Shown here piece by piece: positions 35,647 to 45,119 of a stretch of 64,000 nucleotides of DNA. The notes below the pieces were generated by a model, which saw only the letters and a program-made list of their open reading frames with translations, did no database searches and was not told the origin of the DNA. Position numbers and translations under genes: made by a program. The stretch's first letter is position 1. The number at the start of each line of letters is the position of its first letter. This DNA comes from Actinomycetota bacterium (lineage in GTDB: Bacteria > Actinomycetota > UBA4738 > HRBIN12): the NCBI GenBank assembly GCA_036281075.1, contig DASUPO010000006.1, forward strand, positions 9,350 through 73,349, written 5' to 3'.

Positions 35647-37196
35647 TGGCCGTCGAGCAACGACGAGCGACGCCGACGCGAGCCGAGGAGATCCTCGCGG
35701 GCACCGACGCGCCTCGCGAACTCCTGATCGGCGGCCGCTGGACGCCGTCGGCGGACGGCGGCCGCATCCCCGTCGTCGACCCGTCGACCGGGCGGAAGGT
35801 GGTGGACGTGGCGTCGGCCGGGGAAGCCGACGTCGACGCGGCCGTCGACGCCGGCCGAGCGGCGTTCGAGGAGGGATCGTGGAGCCGGCTGACGACCGCG
35901 GCCCGCGCGGGCGCGCTCCACGCGTTCGCGGACGCGATCGCGGACCGCATCGAGGACCTGTACCTGCTGGAGACCCTCTGCAACGGCCGGCCGATCGCCG
36001 AGACCCGCGCCCAGCTCGGCCGCCTGCCCGAGTGGTACCGATACAACGCGGCCCTCCTCATGGCCGATCGGACCGACGTGATCCAGATGCCGGGCCCGTA
36101 CCACACGTACACCTCCCGGTTCCCGATCGGCGTCGTGGGGATCCTCAGCTCGTTCAACCACCCGATGATGATCGGGTCGAAGAGCCTTGCGCCCGCGCTC
36201 GCGACCGGCAACAGCGTGGTCCTGAAACCCTCCGAGCTGACGCCTCTCACGAGCCTGCTGCTCGGCCGGATCGCGTTGGAGGCGGGCGTCCCGGCCGGCG
36301 TCCTGAACGTGGCGCCCGGGGTCGGATCCATCGCGGGCGCGCGGCTCGCCGCGAACCCGGACATCGGGAAAGTCACGTTCACCGGCGGCACGGCGGCTGG
36401 GCGGGCGGTTGCCCGGGCGGCCGCCGATCGATTCGCGAAGGTGACGGTGGAGCTCGGCGGCAAGACGCCCGTGCTCGTGTTCGACGACGTCGACGTCGAG
36501 GAGGCGGCCCGCGGCGTCGCGTTCGGCGCCTTCGTGGCCGCCGGCCAGACGTGCATCTGCGGGAGCCGCGTGCTGGTCCAGCGCTCGATCCACGATCGCC
36601 TCGTCGAGGAGGTCGCCGCGATCGCGCGCTCGATCCGGATCGGCGATCCCTTCGACGGCGACACCCAGCTCGGCCCCCTGATCTCGCAGGCCGCCCGCGA
36701 GCGGGTGCTCGGCTACGTGGAGCTCGGCGTCGAGGAAGGCGGGACGATCGTCGTGGGCGGCGGGGTCCCGTCGGTCCCGGGGCTCGAGGGCGGGTTCTTC
36801 GTGGAGCCCACAGTGATCACCGGCATCGCGAACGAGAGCCGGTGCGCGCGCGAGGAGATCTTCGGGCCCGTCGCCGTGGTCATCCCGTTCGACGACGAGG
36901 CGGACGCCCTCCGCAAGGCGAACGACTCCGCCTACGGGCTGGGCTCGGCGATCTGGACGCGCGACGTCGCCCGGGCGCACCGCGTGGCGGGCGGGCTCAC
37001 CCACGGGATCGTATGGGTGAACGACCACCACCGTCTCGATCCCGCGGCGCCGTGGGGCGGCGTGCGGGATTCCGGGACCGGCCGGGAGGGCGGCTGGGAA
37101 TCGTTCCACGACTTCACGCACCTGCGCTCCATCACGGTCCGCACCGCTCCCGACGGCGTGGACTGGTACGGCGGCGACACGGGTCGTCTGAACTGA
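35646..37196 (+). CDS. NAD(P)-dependent aldehyde dehydrogenase
   Basis: FTGGTAAG, VTVELGGKTP, GQTCICGSR, EEIFGPV. ATG overlaps the ATPase TGA (TGATG). Confidence 0.9.
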   Translation: MAVEQRRATPTRAEEILAGTDAPRELLIGGRWTPSADGGRIPVVDPSTGRKVVDVASAGEADVDAAVDAGRAAFEEGSWSRLTTAARAGALHAFADAIADRIEDLYLLETLCNGRPIAETRAQLGRLPEWYRYNAALLMADRTDVIQMPGPYHTYTSRFPIGVVGILSSFNHPMMIGSKSLAPALATGNSVVLKPSELTPLTSLLLGRIALEAGVPAGVLNVAPGVGSIAGARLAANPDIGKVTFTGGTAAGRAVARAAADRFAKVTVELGGKTPVLVFDDVDVEEAARGVAFGAFVAAGQTCICGSRVLVQRSIHDRLVEEVAAIARSIRIGDPFDGDTQLGPLISQAARERVLGYVELGVEEGGTIVVGGGVPSVPGLEGGFFVEPTVITGIANESRCAREEIFGPVAVVIPFDDEADALRKANDSAYGLGSAIWTRDVARAHRVAGGLTHGIVWVNDHHRLDPAAPWGGVRDSGTGREGGWESFHDFTHLRSITVRTAPDGVDWYGGDTGRLN

Positions 37197-37207
37197 TCGG
37201 GGCCGGA

Positions 37208-38086
37208 GTGCGCCTGGTCACCTTCTCCTCGGGCGACACGGCCCCGCGAACGGGCGCGCTCGTCGACGGGACGGTGGTCGACCTGGCCGACGCCGGACTC
37301 CCCCGCGACATGATCGCGCTGATCGAGGCCGGCGGGCCGGCACTCGAGGCGACGGCGGATGCGAGCGAGGGCGCGGGAGCTAGGTTCCCGCTCGATGACG
37401 TACGGCTGCATGCGCCCGTCCCGCGGCCACCGAAGAACGTGATGTGCGTCGGCCGGAACTACGCGGAACACGCGACGGAGTTCTCTCGGTCGGGCTTCGA
37501 CGCCTCGGAGCGGTCCGTCGTGCCGCCGGATCCCGTGATCTTCACGAAGGCGGTCTCCTCGATCATCGGACCGGAGGAACCGATCCTGCTCGACAACGAT
37601 CCGACCGGCACCGTCGACTACGAGGGGGAATTGGCCGTGGTGATCGGCCGGGGAGGCCGCCGGATCGCGGTGTCCGACGCGGCCGGGCACGTCTTCGGCT
37701 ACACGATCGTGAACGACGTGACCGCTCGGGACCTTCAGCAACGTCACGTCCAGTGGTTCTTGGGAAAGAGCGTGGACACGTTCTGTCCGATGGGCCCGAC
37801 TATCGTCACGCCGGACGAGCTCCCGGACGTCGGCGCCTCCTGGCTCCGCACGCGCGTGAACGGCGACCTGCGCCAAGAGGCGCCGATCTCGGACCTGATC
37901 TTCGACGTCCCCGCCCTGATCTCCACGATCTCAGCGACGACCTCTCTCGAGCCCGGGGACGTGATCGCGACCGGAACGCCGGCCGGTGCCGGGATCGGCT
38001 CCGATCCGCCGCGGTACCTCGAGCGCGGCGATCACGTCGAGGTCTCGATCGACGGGATCGGCACCCTGGTCAACCCGGTGCGATGA
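37208..38086 (+). CDS. Fumarylacetoacetate hydrolase (FAH) family protein
   Basis: NYAEHA...DYEGELAVVIG...VFGYTIVNDVTARD...GKSVDTFCPMGP...GDVIATGTPAGAG. Confidence 0.85.
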   Translation: MRLVTFSSGDTAPRTGALVDGTVVDLADAGLPRDMIALIEAGGPALEATADASEGAGARFPLDDVRLHAPVPRPPKNVMCVGRNYAEHATEFSRSGFDASERSVVPPDPVIFTKAVSSIIGPEEPILLDNDPTGTVDYEGELAVVIGRGGRRIAVSDAAGHVFGYTIVNDVTARDLQQRHVQWFLGKSVDTFCPMGPTIVTPDELPDVGASWLRTRVNGDLRQEAPISDLIFDVPALISTISATTSLEPGDVIATGTPAGAGIGSDPPRYLERGDHVEVSIDGIGTLVNPVR

Positions 38087-38137
38087 GCGAGCGGTCCGAC
38101 GTGGAAGCGATCCGATCCCACGGCAAGGGAGGCGACG

Positions 38138-38650
38138 ATGACGCGCATCGACCTGATAGACGGCGACGCCGAGCTGTCCGCGCAGGCCCGGGCCGTAGCC
38201 GACCGGATCGTCGAGACCCGAGGGGAGCTGTCGCGACCGTTCCAGCTCCTGCTGCACTCCCCCGGGTTCGCGGAGCGCGTCGCGGAGCTGGGGCACGCCG
38301 TGCGGACGCGATCGACCCTGACCGACGCCGACCGCGAGCTCGCGACGCTCGCCACCGGCGTCGCCGTCGCGTGCGAGTTCGTCTGGGCGTCGCACCGGTC
38401 GACGGCCTCCGCCGCGGGGATCCCCGACGAGACCGTCGAACGCCTCCGGAACCGGCGAGCGTCGCTCGACCCACGGCAGATGGCCCTCGTGTCCTTCGTC
38501 GACGAGCTCTGCGGGACCGGCACGGTGTCGTCCGCCACGTTCGAAGCGGCTCGAGCGCTCCTCGGCGACCGCGGCGTCGTCGACCTCGCGCTGACGGTCG
38601 GCTACTACACGATGCTCGCGAGGGTCATGGGCGCGTTCGACGCGTGCTGA
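38138..38650 (+). CDS. Carboxymuconolactone decarboxylase (CMD/AhpD-like) family protein
   Basis: 170-aa all-helical protein with ...TGVAVACEFVWASH..., a CMD-type C/H motif. Confidence 0.65.
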   Translation: MTRIDLIDGDAELSAQARAVADRIVETRGELSRPFQLLLHSPGFAERVAELGHAVRTRSTLTDADRELATLATGVAVACEFVWASHRSTASAAGIPDETVERLRNRRASLDPRQMALVSFVDELCGTGTVSSATFEAARALLGDRGVVDLALTVGYYTMLARVMGAFDAC

Positions 38651-38657
38651 CGACGAG

Positions 38658-39641
38658 ATGACGCCGCCCCGGGTCTCGCTCGCGTGCACGATCACGGATC
38701 GCACCCGGCCGATCCTCGAGGGACGGGTCCCGATCGAGGGGTGCGAGACGGAGCCGATCACGGGCGAGCCAGAGGACCTGTTCGCGCGAGCGCTCCGCCA
38801 CGAGGAGTTCGACGTGACCGAGCTCTCGCTGAGCAGCTACCTGATCGTCGCCGGCCGGGGCACGAGCCCCTACATCGCCGTGCCGGTGTTCCCGTCACGC
38901 GCCTTCCGTCACGCGGCGGTCTACGTGCGGAACGACCGCGGGATCGAGCGTCCGGAGGATCTGGCCGGCGCGACGGTCGGCGTGCCCGAATACCAGCAGA
39001 CCGTGGGTCTGTGGGTCCGCGGCATCCTCGCCGACCGGCACGGGGTCCCACCGTCGGCGATCCGATGGCGGAGCGGAGGCCTGGAGCGTCCGGGTGCCGA
39101 AGAGCGGATCCCCGTCGAGGTGCGCGAGGGGATCGAGCTGCGGCCGATCGATCCGACGGCGACGCTGTCCGGCATGTTGACGGACGGAGCGCTCGACGGG
39201 GTCGTTTCGCCTCGGCCGCCCTCGTGCTTCGAGGCGCGAGATCCGAACGTGCGCAGACTCTGGGCGGACCATCGGGCGGAGGAACGCCGTTTCTACCTCG
39301 AGACTCGCCTCTTCCCGATCATGCACCTCGTCGCGGTCCGGCGCTCCCTGGCGGAGCGGCACCCGTGGCTCCCGGCGAACGTCGTGCGCGCATTCGCCGA
39401 GGCCAAGCGGCTCGCGGTCCACGACCTCGAGCAAACGAACGTGCTCCGGGTCACGCTTCCCTGGGTCGATCTCGACGCCGTCCGGGCGCTGATGGGCCAC
39501 GACTTCTGGCCCTACGGCGTCGCCGCGAACCGGCGTGAGCTCGCCTCGGCGGCGCGATGGTCGTTCGAAGAAGGTCTCACCCCTCGGCTCCTGGAGCCCG
39601 AGGACCTCTTCGACCCCGCCTCGACGGAGGTCGAGGCGTGA
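38658..39641 (+). CDS. Cytoplasmic periplasmic-binding-protein-fold enzyme, 4,5-dihydroxyphthalate decarboxylase (PhtD)-like
   Basis: No signal peptide. LACTITDRTRPILEGRVPIEG...FDVTELSLSSY...VPVFPSRAFRH...YVR pattern as I recall it from PhtD-like proteins. This is a by-eye call only. Confidence 0.5.
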   Translation: MTPPRVSLACTITDRTRPILEGRVPIEGCETEPITGEPEDLFARALRHEEFDVTELSLSSYLIVAGRGTSPYIAVPVFPSRAFRHAAVYVRNDRGIERPEDLAGATVGVPEYQQTVGLWVRGILADRHGVPPSAIRWRSGGLERPGAEERIPVEVREGIELRPIDPTATLSGMLTDGALDGVVSPRPPSCFEARDPNVRRLWADHRAEERRFYLETRLFPIMHLVAVRRSLAERHPWLPANVVRAFAEAKRLAVHDLEQTNVLRVTLPWVDLDAVRALMGHDFWPYGVAANRRELASAARWSFEEGLTPRLLEPEDLFDPASTEVEA

Positions 39642-39658
39642 CCGAGAGACTCGCCGGC

Positions 39659-39964
39659 TCAGGCCGTGTCGATCGGATCGAGGACGACGACCCCGATCGG
39701 CTGGGCGAGAAGGTCGGCCACCTGACGCCGGTACTCGATGTAGTGATCGGAGGCGCGGTGAGCCTCGAGGGCCTCCTGGTCCCTGTACCGTTCGAACAGG
39801 TGGAGCGCGCCGTTCCCGTCACGCTCTTCGTAGAGGTCGTATCGCTCGCAGCCGGGCTCGGCTCGTGTGTGCTCCACCATCCACGCGAGCAGGGTTCGCA
39901 GCGGATACTCGCTCCCCTCCCGGGGACGGAAGGACGCGAAGACGGACACGGGACCGTCGGTCAT
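39659..39964 (-). CDS. Antibiotic-biosynthesis-monooxygenase (ABM) domain protein
   Basis: 101-aa ferredoxin-like barrel: VFASFRPREG...EPGCERYDLYEE...LHLFERYRDQEALEAHRASDHY. Confidence 0.75.
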   Translation of the reverse strand: MTDGPVSVFASFRPREGSEYPLRTLLAWMVEHTRAEPGCERYDLYEERDGNGALHLFERYRDQEALEAHRASDHYIEYRRQVADLLAQPIGVVVLDPIDTA

Positions 39965-39993
39965 CGTGACCTCGTCATCTCCGAAGGGGGTGA

Positions 39994-40932
39994 ATGACGA
40001 TCGCGCGGCTCCTCGTCGTCGACCCCCTCCTGATCGGCGAGGGCTTCGATATAGGCGCCGACTGGGCGGGCCCGGAGCACGACGTCGTGGTCCCCGGCGG
40101 GTTCGGGATCGAGCAGCTCCGGCCCCATCTGGCCGACGCGGAGGGTCTGCTCACAGCGCATGCCCCCGTGACCGAGGAGATGATGGCGCAGGCTCCACTG
40201 CTCCGGGTGGTGGCGAAGCCCGGCGCCGGCGTGGACAACATCGACATCCAGGCTGCGAAGCGTCGCGGGGTGACGGTCACGAACGTCCCCGGCGCTCGTG
40301 GCCGAGCGGTCGCCGAGCACGCGCTCTTCCTCCTGCTGTTCCTCGCCCGACGGGGGTGGATGCGCGACGACCCGGCGTGGCGCCGCGCGCTGGCCACCCA
40401 GCTGGGGGGGAAGACCCTCGGGATCGTGGGCCTCGGCGACATCGGCGGCCACCTGGCGCGTTTCGGCCACGGCCTCGGGATGGACGTCGTCGCGCACACG
40501 CGAACACCCGGCGCGGCTCGGGTCCCCGACGTGCCGGTGCGGTTCGTGGATCTGGCGACGCTCTTGCGGGGCGCGGACGCCGTCGTCCTCTGCGTACCAC
40601 TGAGCGAGGAGACTCGCGGTCTGATCGATCGGGCGGCGCTGGCCGCGATGAAGAGCGACGCGGTCCTGATCAACGTGTCCCGTGGTCCCGTCGTGGTCAC
40701 CGACGATCTCCTGGAGGCGATGCGCGCCGGTCGACTCGCGGGCGCGGGCCTGGACGTGACGGATCCCGAGCCGCTCCCGGACGATCACGGGCTCCGCGAC
40801 CTGCCCAACGTCCTGCTGTCGCCCCACAACGCGGGTCGCACGGTCGAGTCGCAGGCGGAAGCCCTCGCGCGGATGCGCGAGAACGTGCGGCTCGCGCTCT
40901 CGGGCGCGCCCCCGATCGACCCCGTGGGCTGA
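39994..40932 (+). CDS. D-isomer-specific 2-hydroxyacid dehydrogenase
   Basis: GKTLGIVGLGDIGGHLA, INVSRGPVV, LLSPHNAG. ATG follows GAAGGGGG. Confidence 0.85.
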   Translation: MTIARLLVVDPLLIGEGFDIGADWAGPEHDVVVPGGFGIEQLRPHLADAEGLLTAHAPVTEEMMAQAPLLRVVAKPGAGVDNIDIQAAKRRGVTVTNVPGARGRAVAEHALFLLLFLARRGWMRDDPAWRRALATQLGGKTLGIVGLGDIGGHLARFGHGLGMDVVAHTRTPGAARVPDVPVRFVDLATLLRGADAVVLCVPLSEETRGLIDRAALAAMKSDAVLINVSRGPVVVTDDLLEAMRAGRLAGAGLDVTDPEPLPDDHGLRDLPNVLLSPHNAGRTVESQAEALARMRENVRLALSGAPPIDPVG

Positions 40933-40954
40933 CCGCGACCCGGGCGCGCGCCGG

Positions 40955-41968
40955 TCACTGTGCGTCGAGGCGCAGCAGTCGCCTCGCGTTGCCGCCCGCG
41001 ATCATCGACCGCTCGTCGTCGTCGAGTCCGTCGACTCGTCCGAGCAGGCCGAGAGGATCCGTCTCGCCCATGTCGAAGGGGTAGTCCGTGCCGAGCAGCA
41101 CCCGGTCCGATCCCCACCGCCGGATCAGGGTGCCGAGCATCTCGGGATCGAAGACCATCGTGTCGAAGTACAGCTGCGCGAGGTAGGTGCTCGGTGGGCG
41201 GGTGATGTGCTCCCGACAGTCGTCGCGTTGCTCGTACGCGTGGTCGAAGCGAGCCGGGTAGAACGGCACGTACCCGCCGCCGTGCATCACGCAGACCTTC
41301 AGCGTGGGGAACCGCTCCAGCACGCCCCCGAAGATCATCCGCGAGACGAAGACGGTCGAGTCCATCGGCATCCCGACGGTGTTGATCAGGTAGTAGTCCG
41401 CGAGCCGCTGGCCCTGCGTGAACCCGTTCGGGTGCACGACGAGCAGGAGGTCGTGCTCCACGACCTGCTCGAAGAACGGGACGAACCTCGGATCGTCGAA
41501 GTCCACGCCGTTCACGTTCGTGCAGATCTCCAGGCCGCGGAACCGCAGCTCCTCGACGACGCGCTCGAGCTCGCTCAGCGCGAGATCCACGTCCTGCAGT
41601 GGGAGCGTCCCCAGACCGACGAACCGATCAGGATGTGCCTCGACGATCTCGAAGAGGCGGTCGTTCACCATCCCGGTGAGCTTCGACCCGATCTCGGGTT
41701 CGGCCCAGTAGAAGTACTGCGGGGGCACGACCGAGATGGCCTGGACGTCGACCCCCATCCGATCCATGTCGCGCAGGCGCTGCTCCGGCTCGGTGAGCAT
41801 CGGGACGATCTCGACGAAGTGCCGCTTGTTGTAGGCATCGCTGACGGGGCCGGAGAAGTCGACGAAGGGGTCCTTGCCGGGCGTGAACAGCGGGGCGGCG
41901 ATCTCCTCGGCCTCGGGCGTCATCACGTGCGCGTGGATGTCGATCACCACGCTCGGGTCGTCCGCCAT
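40955..41968 (-). CDS. Amidohydrolase_2 (ACMSD-type hydrolase/decarboxylase)
   Basis: MADDPSVVIDIHAHV...VMHGGG...GTDYPFD. ATG 41968 follows GGGAGGA. Confidence 0.85.
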   Translation of the reverse strand: MADDPSVVIDIHAHVMTPEAEEIAAPLFTPGKDPFVDFSGPVSDAYNKRHFVEIVPMLTEPEQRLRDMDRMGVDVQAISVVPPQYFYWAEPEIGSKLTGMVNDRLFEIVEAHPDRFVGLGTLPLQDVDLALSELERVVEELRFRGLEICTNVNGVDFDDPRFVPFFEQVVEHDLLLVVHPNGFTQGQRLADYYLINTVGMPMDSTVFVSRMIFGGVLERFPTLKVCVMHGGGYVPFYPARFDHAYEQRDDCREHITRPPSTYLAQLYFDTMVFDPEMLGTLIRRWGSDRVLLGTDYPFDMGETDPLGLLGRVDGLDDDERSMIAGGNARRLLRLDAQ

Positions 41969-42057
41969 CGATCCTCCCGTGCCCCGGGGGCCGCCCGTGC
42001 GGCCCGCGCTCCGCCTGCCGTCCCGATCCCGACGACCTCGGGACGCCGTCACATCGC

Positions 42058-42087
42058 ACATTATGTACAACTTCGCGGTCGCGTCCA
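42058..42087 (-). promoter_or_regulatory. Candidate promoter of the amidohydrolase gene 40955..41968: TGGACG-N18-TAATGT-GC
   Basis: In gene orientation: gctTGGACGcgaccgcgaagttgtacaTAATGTgc. The AT-rich patch spans 42057-42073. Confidence 0.45.
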
Positions 42088-42090
42088 AGC

Positions 42091-43293
42091 TCAACCCTGG
42101 AGCGTCGGGGCCGGATAGCTCCCGTCCTTGGGCTCGAACAGGCCGAAGGCGACCTCGGGATCACCCGGATGGAACGTGCCCCAGACCTGGGCGCGCTCCC
42201 CGACCTCCCTGGTCCTGGCAGATGCCCTGCGCCCCAAGGTGAGCTGCCCGGGCTCCCACGCCCGGAGAGCGGCCGGCACCGTGCCCGCGGCCCTGTCGAC
42301 GGCCTCCGCGAGAGCGCGCGCGTCCGCGGCCGCCTTCGCGGTGCCGGCCGCGATGTGGGGCCGGAGGGCGAAGGCCGCGTCGCCCACCAGGCAGACTCGC
42401 CCGCGAGCCATCGCCGGGACCTCGACGTCGACGATCACCTGAACGAAGGGCTCGGGCGTCGCCCGGATCAGGGCGGCGAACGGCGGCGGGAGGTCGCCGG
42501 CGGCCTCGTGGAGCTCGGCGACGTGTTCCTCGCCGACCCCGCCGGGCGGGAGGGACAGGTCGTGCCGTTCGCCGGCCCGGTCCGTGAGGAGCGCGCCGAG
42601 CGCGTCCTCGCCGGGCACGTTGCGGTACCAGACCCAGTTCATCGATCGGCCGGCGCCGGTCGTCGCCGGGATCTCGTACGACAACACGTGCGTCCGGTCC
42701 CCGACGTGGTACGTGAGGACGTCCCGCAACGACGTCGCGGCCGCCGGTAACCGGTCCTGCGGGAGCGTCCCTCGCCACCCCACGTAGCCGGCGTACGCGG
42801 GCTGCACGTCGGGGAAGAGCAGCGCCCGGACCGTCGACCGGATACCGTCCGCGCCGACCAGCAGGTCGACGGTCTCGGCGCTGCCGTCCGCGAACCGTCC
42901 CACGACCCGGTCGGCGGCATCCTCGAACGCCACGAGGTCGCGTCCGAGGTGGTAGCGGGCCGCCTCGAAGGACCCGACGAGCGCCGCGTGCAGGGTCGCG
43001 TACGACGTGAAGCGGTACACGATCGGCTCCTCGAGCAGAACGTCGCCGTCCCTCGTCAGGTAGCGGAGCGTCCGGGCCGAGGAGCTCACGCGGTCGAGGT
43101 CGAGCAACCCGTGCTCCTCGAAGTAGCGCGTCGTGACGGGGTGGAGGACGATCCCCGCGCCCCGGCCCTCGAGCGGCACGGACGAGCGCTCGAACACGTC
43201 GACGTCGCAGCCGACGTCGCGCAGCTGCAGCGCCGTGATCAGTCCGCCGAGCGAGCCTCCGATCACGGCGATCCGCGGGCCGGACGCTGCCAC
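42091..43293 (-). CDS. FAD-dependent aromatic-ring monooxygenase (salicylate / 2,6-dihydroxypyridine hydroxylase-like)
   Basis: RIAVIGGSLGGLITALQLRDVGCDVDVFERS (dinucleotide fold) and VCLVGDAAFALRPHIAAGTAKA (GD motif). Confidence 0.8.
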   Translation of the reverse strand: MAASGPRIAVIGGSLGGLITALQLRDVGCDVDVFERSSVPLEGRGAGIVLHPVTTRYFEEHGLLDLDRVSSSARTLRYLTRDGDVLLEEPIVYRFTSYATLHAALVGSFEAARYHLGRDLVAFEDAADRVVGRFADGSAETVDLLVGADGIRSTVRALLFPDVQPAYAGYVGWRGTLPQDRLPAAATSLRDVLTYHVGDRTHVLSYEIPATTGAGRSMNWVWYRNVPGEDALGALLTDRAGERHDLSLPPGGVGEEHVAELHEAAGDLPPPFAALIRATPEPFVQVIVDVEVPAMARGRVCLVGDAAFALRPHIAAGTAKAAADARALAEAVDRAAGTVPAALRAWEPGQLTLGRRASARTREVGERAQVWGTFHPGDPEVAFGLFEPKDGSYPAPTLQG

Positions 43294-43298
43294 GACCG

Positions 43299-43676
43299 TC
43301 AGTGCTTCAGCTCGACGGTGACGAAGCGGAGCGTCGAGGCGCCGACGTTCTCGAGGTCGTGGATCAGCGGATCTCGGGGCGAGTGCACGAGGTATCTCGT
43401 CTCCCCGAGCGCGTAGTCGCGGGCGATCATCGTCCCGTCGGGGAACCGTTGCAGGCCCCGACCGGGCTCGACCACGGTCCAGAAGTACGTCGCGTCGTGG
43501 ACGTGGAACGGGCCCCGCCGGCCGGGCTCGAGGCGGATCTCGAAGATCCGGACGTGATCGTTCTCGAACCAGAGCGACGTGCCGATCTGCCGGTTCGTCG
43601 TCGCGGCGGCGAGCTCGTCGGCGAAGTCCGCCGGGTCGAACGCTCCGCGTTCCTCCCCGTGCGCCCCGCCCCCCAT
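43299..43676 (-). CDS. Small cupin-like protein
   Basis: VRIFEIRLEPGRRGPFHVHDATYFWTVVEPG...HDLENVG. ATG 43676 follows GGGGAGGGA. The longer track ORF is a shadow. Confidence 0.6.
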   Translation of the reverse strand: MGGGAHGEERGAFDPADFADELAAATTNRQIGTSLWFENDHVRIFEIRLEPGRRGPFHVHDATYFWTVVEPGRGLQRFPDGTMIARDYALGETRYLVHSPRDPLIHDLENVGASTLRFVTVELKH

Positions 43677-43694
43677 CCGGTCCCTCCCCTGGTC

Positions 43695-43711
43695 GTACAT
43701 AAAATACAACT
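43695..43711. promoter_or_regulatory. AT-rich island in the 60-nt divergent region between the cupin-like gene and the cyclic amidohydrolase gene
   Basis: GTACATAAAATACAACT contains TAAAAT (+) and TATTTT (-). It shares TACAACT with the 42.06-kb island. Confidence 0.4.
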
Positions 43712-43736
43712 CACCGAGGTGCCGGATCGACGAGAG

Positions 43737-45119
43737 GTGACGAACCTGCAGGCGGACGTGGCGATCGTCGGTGGCACGGCTGTCACGGGCGCCACCTTCA
43801 CCCGCGCCGACGTCGTGGTCCGCGACGGGCGGATCGCGGGGATCGTCGAGCCCAGGAGCGCGGTTGCTGGGACGACGATCGACGCGGACGGGCTCCTCGT
43901 GCTGCCCGGCTTCGTCGACACGCACGTTCACCTGATGGACCCGGGCCCGACGGAGCGGGAGGACTTCCCGACCGGGACCGCCGCGGCCGCGGCCCGCGGC
44001 GTGACGACGATCGTCGAGCACACGCATGCCCATCCGATCCGGGACCGGCGCGATCTCACGGAGAAGGTGTCGTACCTCCGCGGCCGTTCGCACGTGTCCT
44101 TCGGCCTCGCCGCACACGTCTGGCCCGACCGGATCGACGACCTCGACACGCTCTGGCACGCCGGGGTCACGTTCTTCAAGATCTTCACCTGCGCGACGCA
44201 CGGCGTGCCGGCCGTCGAGGGCGACGACCTGCATCGGGTGCTCCGGAAGGTCGCGTCCTTCGGGGGAACGTGCCTCGTCCACGCTGAGGACAACGATCTG
44301 ACGGCCGAGGCGGAGAGGGCGCTCCGAGCCGCAGGGCGAACCGACCCCGGCGTGATCACGATCTGGCGATCGCGCGAGGCCGAGCTCGACGCCGTCCAGC
44401 GGGTCGCAGGTCTGGCGGTGGAGACCGGCGCACGTCTCACGATCGCCCACGTCTCCTCCCCCGAGGTCGTGCGGGCGATCGTGGCCGCGCGCCGCCGCGG
44501 TGCCGACCTGGCGGCCGAGGCCTGCCCGCAGTACCTCTTGCTCCGGGAGGACGAGGTCCTCGCGGAAGGACCGTTACGGAAGTTCACGCCTCCGGCGCGG
44601 AACCGCGGACCGGAGGACGTCGACGAGATGTGGCGGCTGCTCGCCGAGGGCGCCCTCACGCACGTCGCGACGGACCACGCGCCGTCGACCAAGGCGCAGA
44701 AGCTGGCCGGCGATATCTGGGATGCGCCGTTCGGCCTGCCCGGCCTCGACACCACGTCACGGCTGCTGTTCGACGCCGTCGCGGCGAGCCGGCTCACGTG
44801 GTCGGACGTCGCCCTGCGCTACGCCGAGGAGCCGGCCCGCCGGTACGGACTGTGGCCGGCGAAGGGCTCCCTGGCGGTGGGAGCGGACGCGGATCTCGTC
44901 CTCGTCGATCCCTCCGCGACGGTACGGATCCACGACGAGGACGTGCTCTCGAAGGCGGGGTGGACACCCTTCGCGGGTCGCGAGACCCGAGGCGACGTCG
45001 TCCGCGTGCTCCTCGGCGGCGACGAGATCGCCCGCGACGGCCAACCGCGCAGCGACCGGCTGGGCCGTTACCTGCCGGGCGCCGGCGCGGCCGATCGGCA
45101 GGCGGAGACGGGCGGATGA
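43737..45119 (+). CDS. Cyclic amidohydrolase (dihydroorotase / allantoinase / hydantoinase family)
   Basis: DVAIVGG...VVVRDGRIAGI...LPGFVDTHVHLMDPG...FKIF...VHAED...HVSS...TDHAP...GLPGLD...GADADLVLVD. The start (GTG 43737) is uncertain. Confidence 0.85.
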   Translation: MTNLQADVAIVGGTAVTGATFTRADVVVRDGRIAGIVEPRSAVAGTTIDADGLLVLPGFVDTHVHLMDPGPTEREDFPTGTAAAAARGVTTIVEHTHAHPIRDRRDLTEKVSYLRGRSHVSFGLAAHVWPDRIDDLDTLWHAGVTFFKIFTCATHGVPAVEGDDLHRVLRKVASFGGTCLVHAEDNDLTAEAERALRAAGRTDPGVITIWRSREAELDAVQRVAGLAVETGARLTIAHVSSPEVVRAIVAARRRGADLAAEACPQYLLLREDEVLAEGPLRKFTPPARNRGPEDVDEMWRLLAEGALTHVATDHAPSTKAQKLAGDIWDAPFGLPGLDTTSRLLFDAVAASRLTWSDVALRYAEEPARRYGLWPAKGSLAVGADADLVLVDPSATVRIHDEDVLSKAGWTPFAGRETRGDVVRVLLGGDEIARDGQPRSDRLGRYLPGAGAADRQAETGG

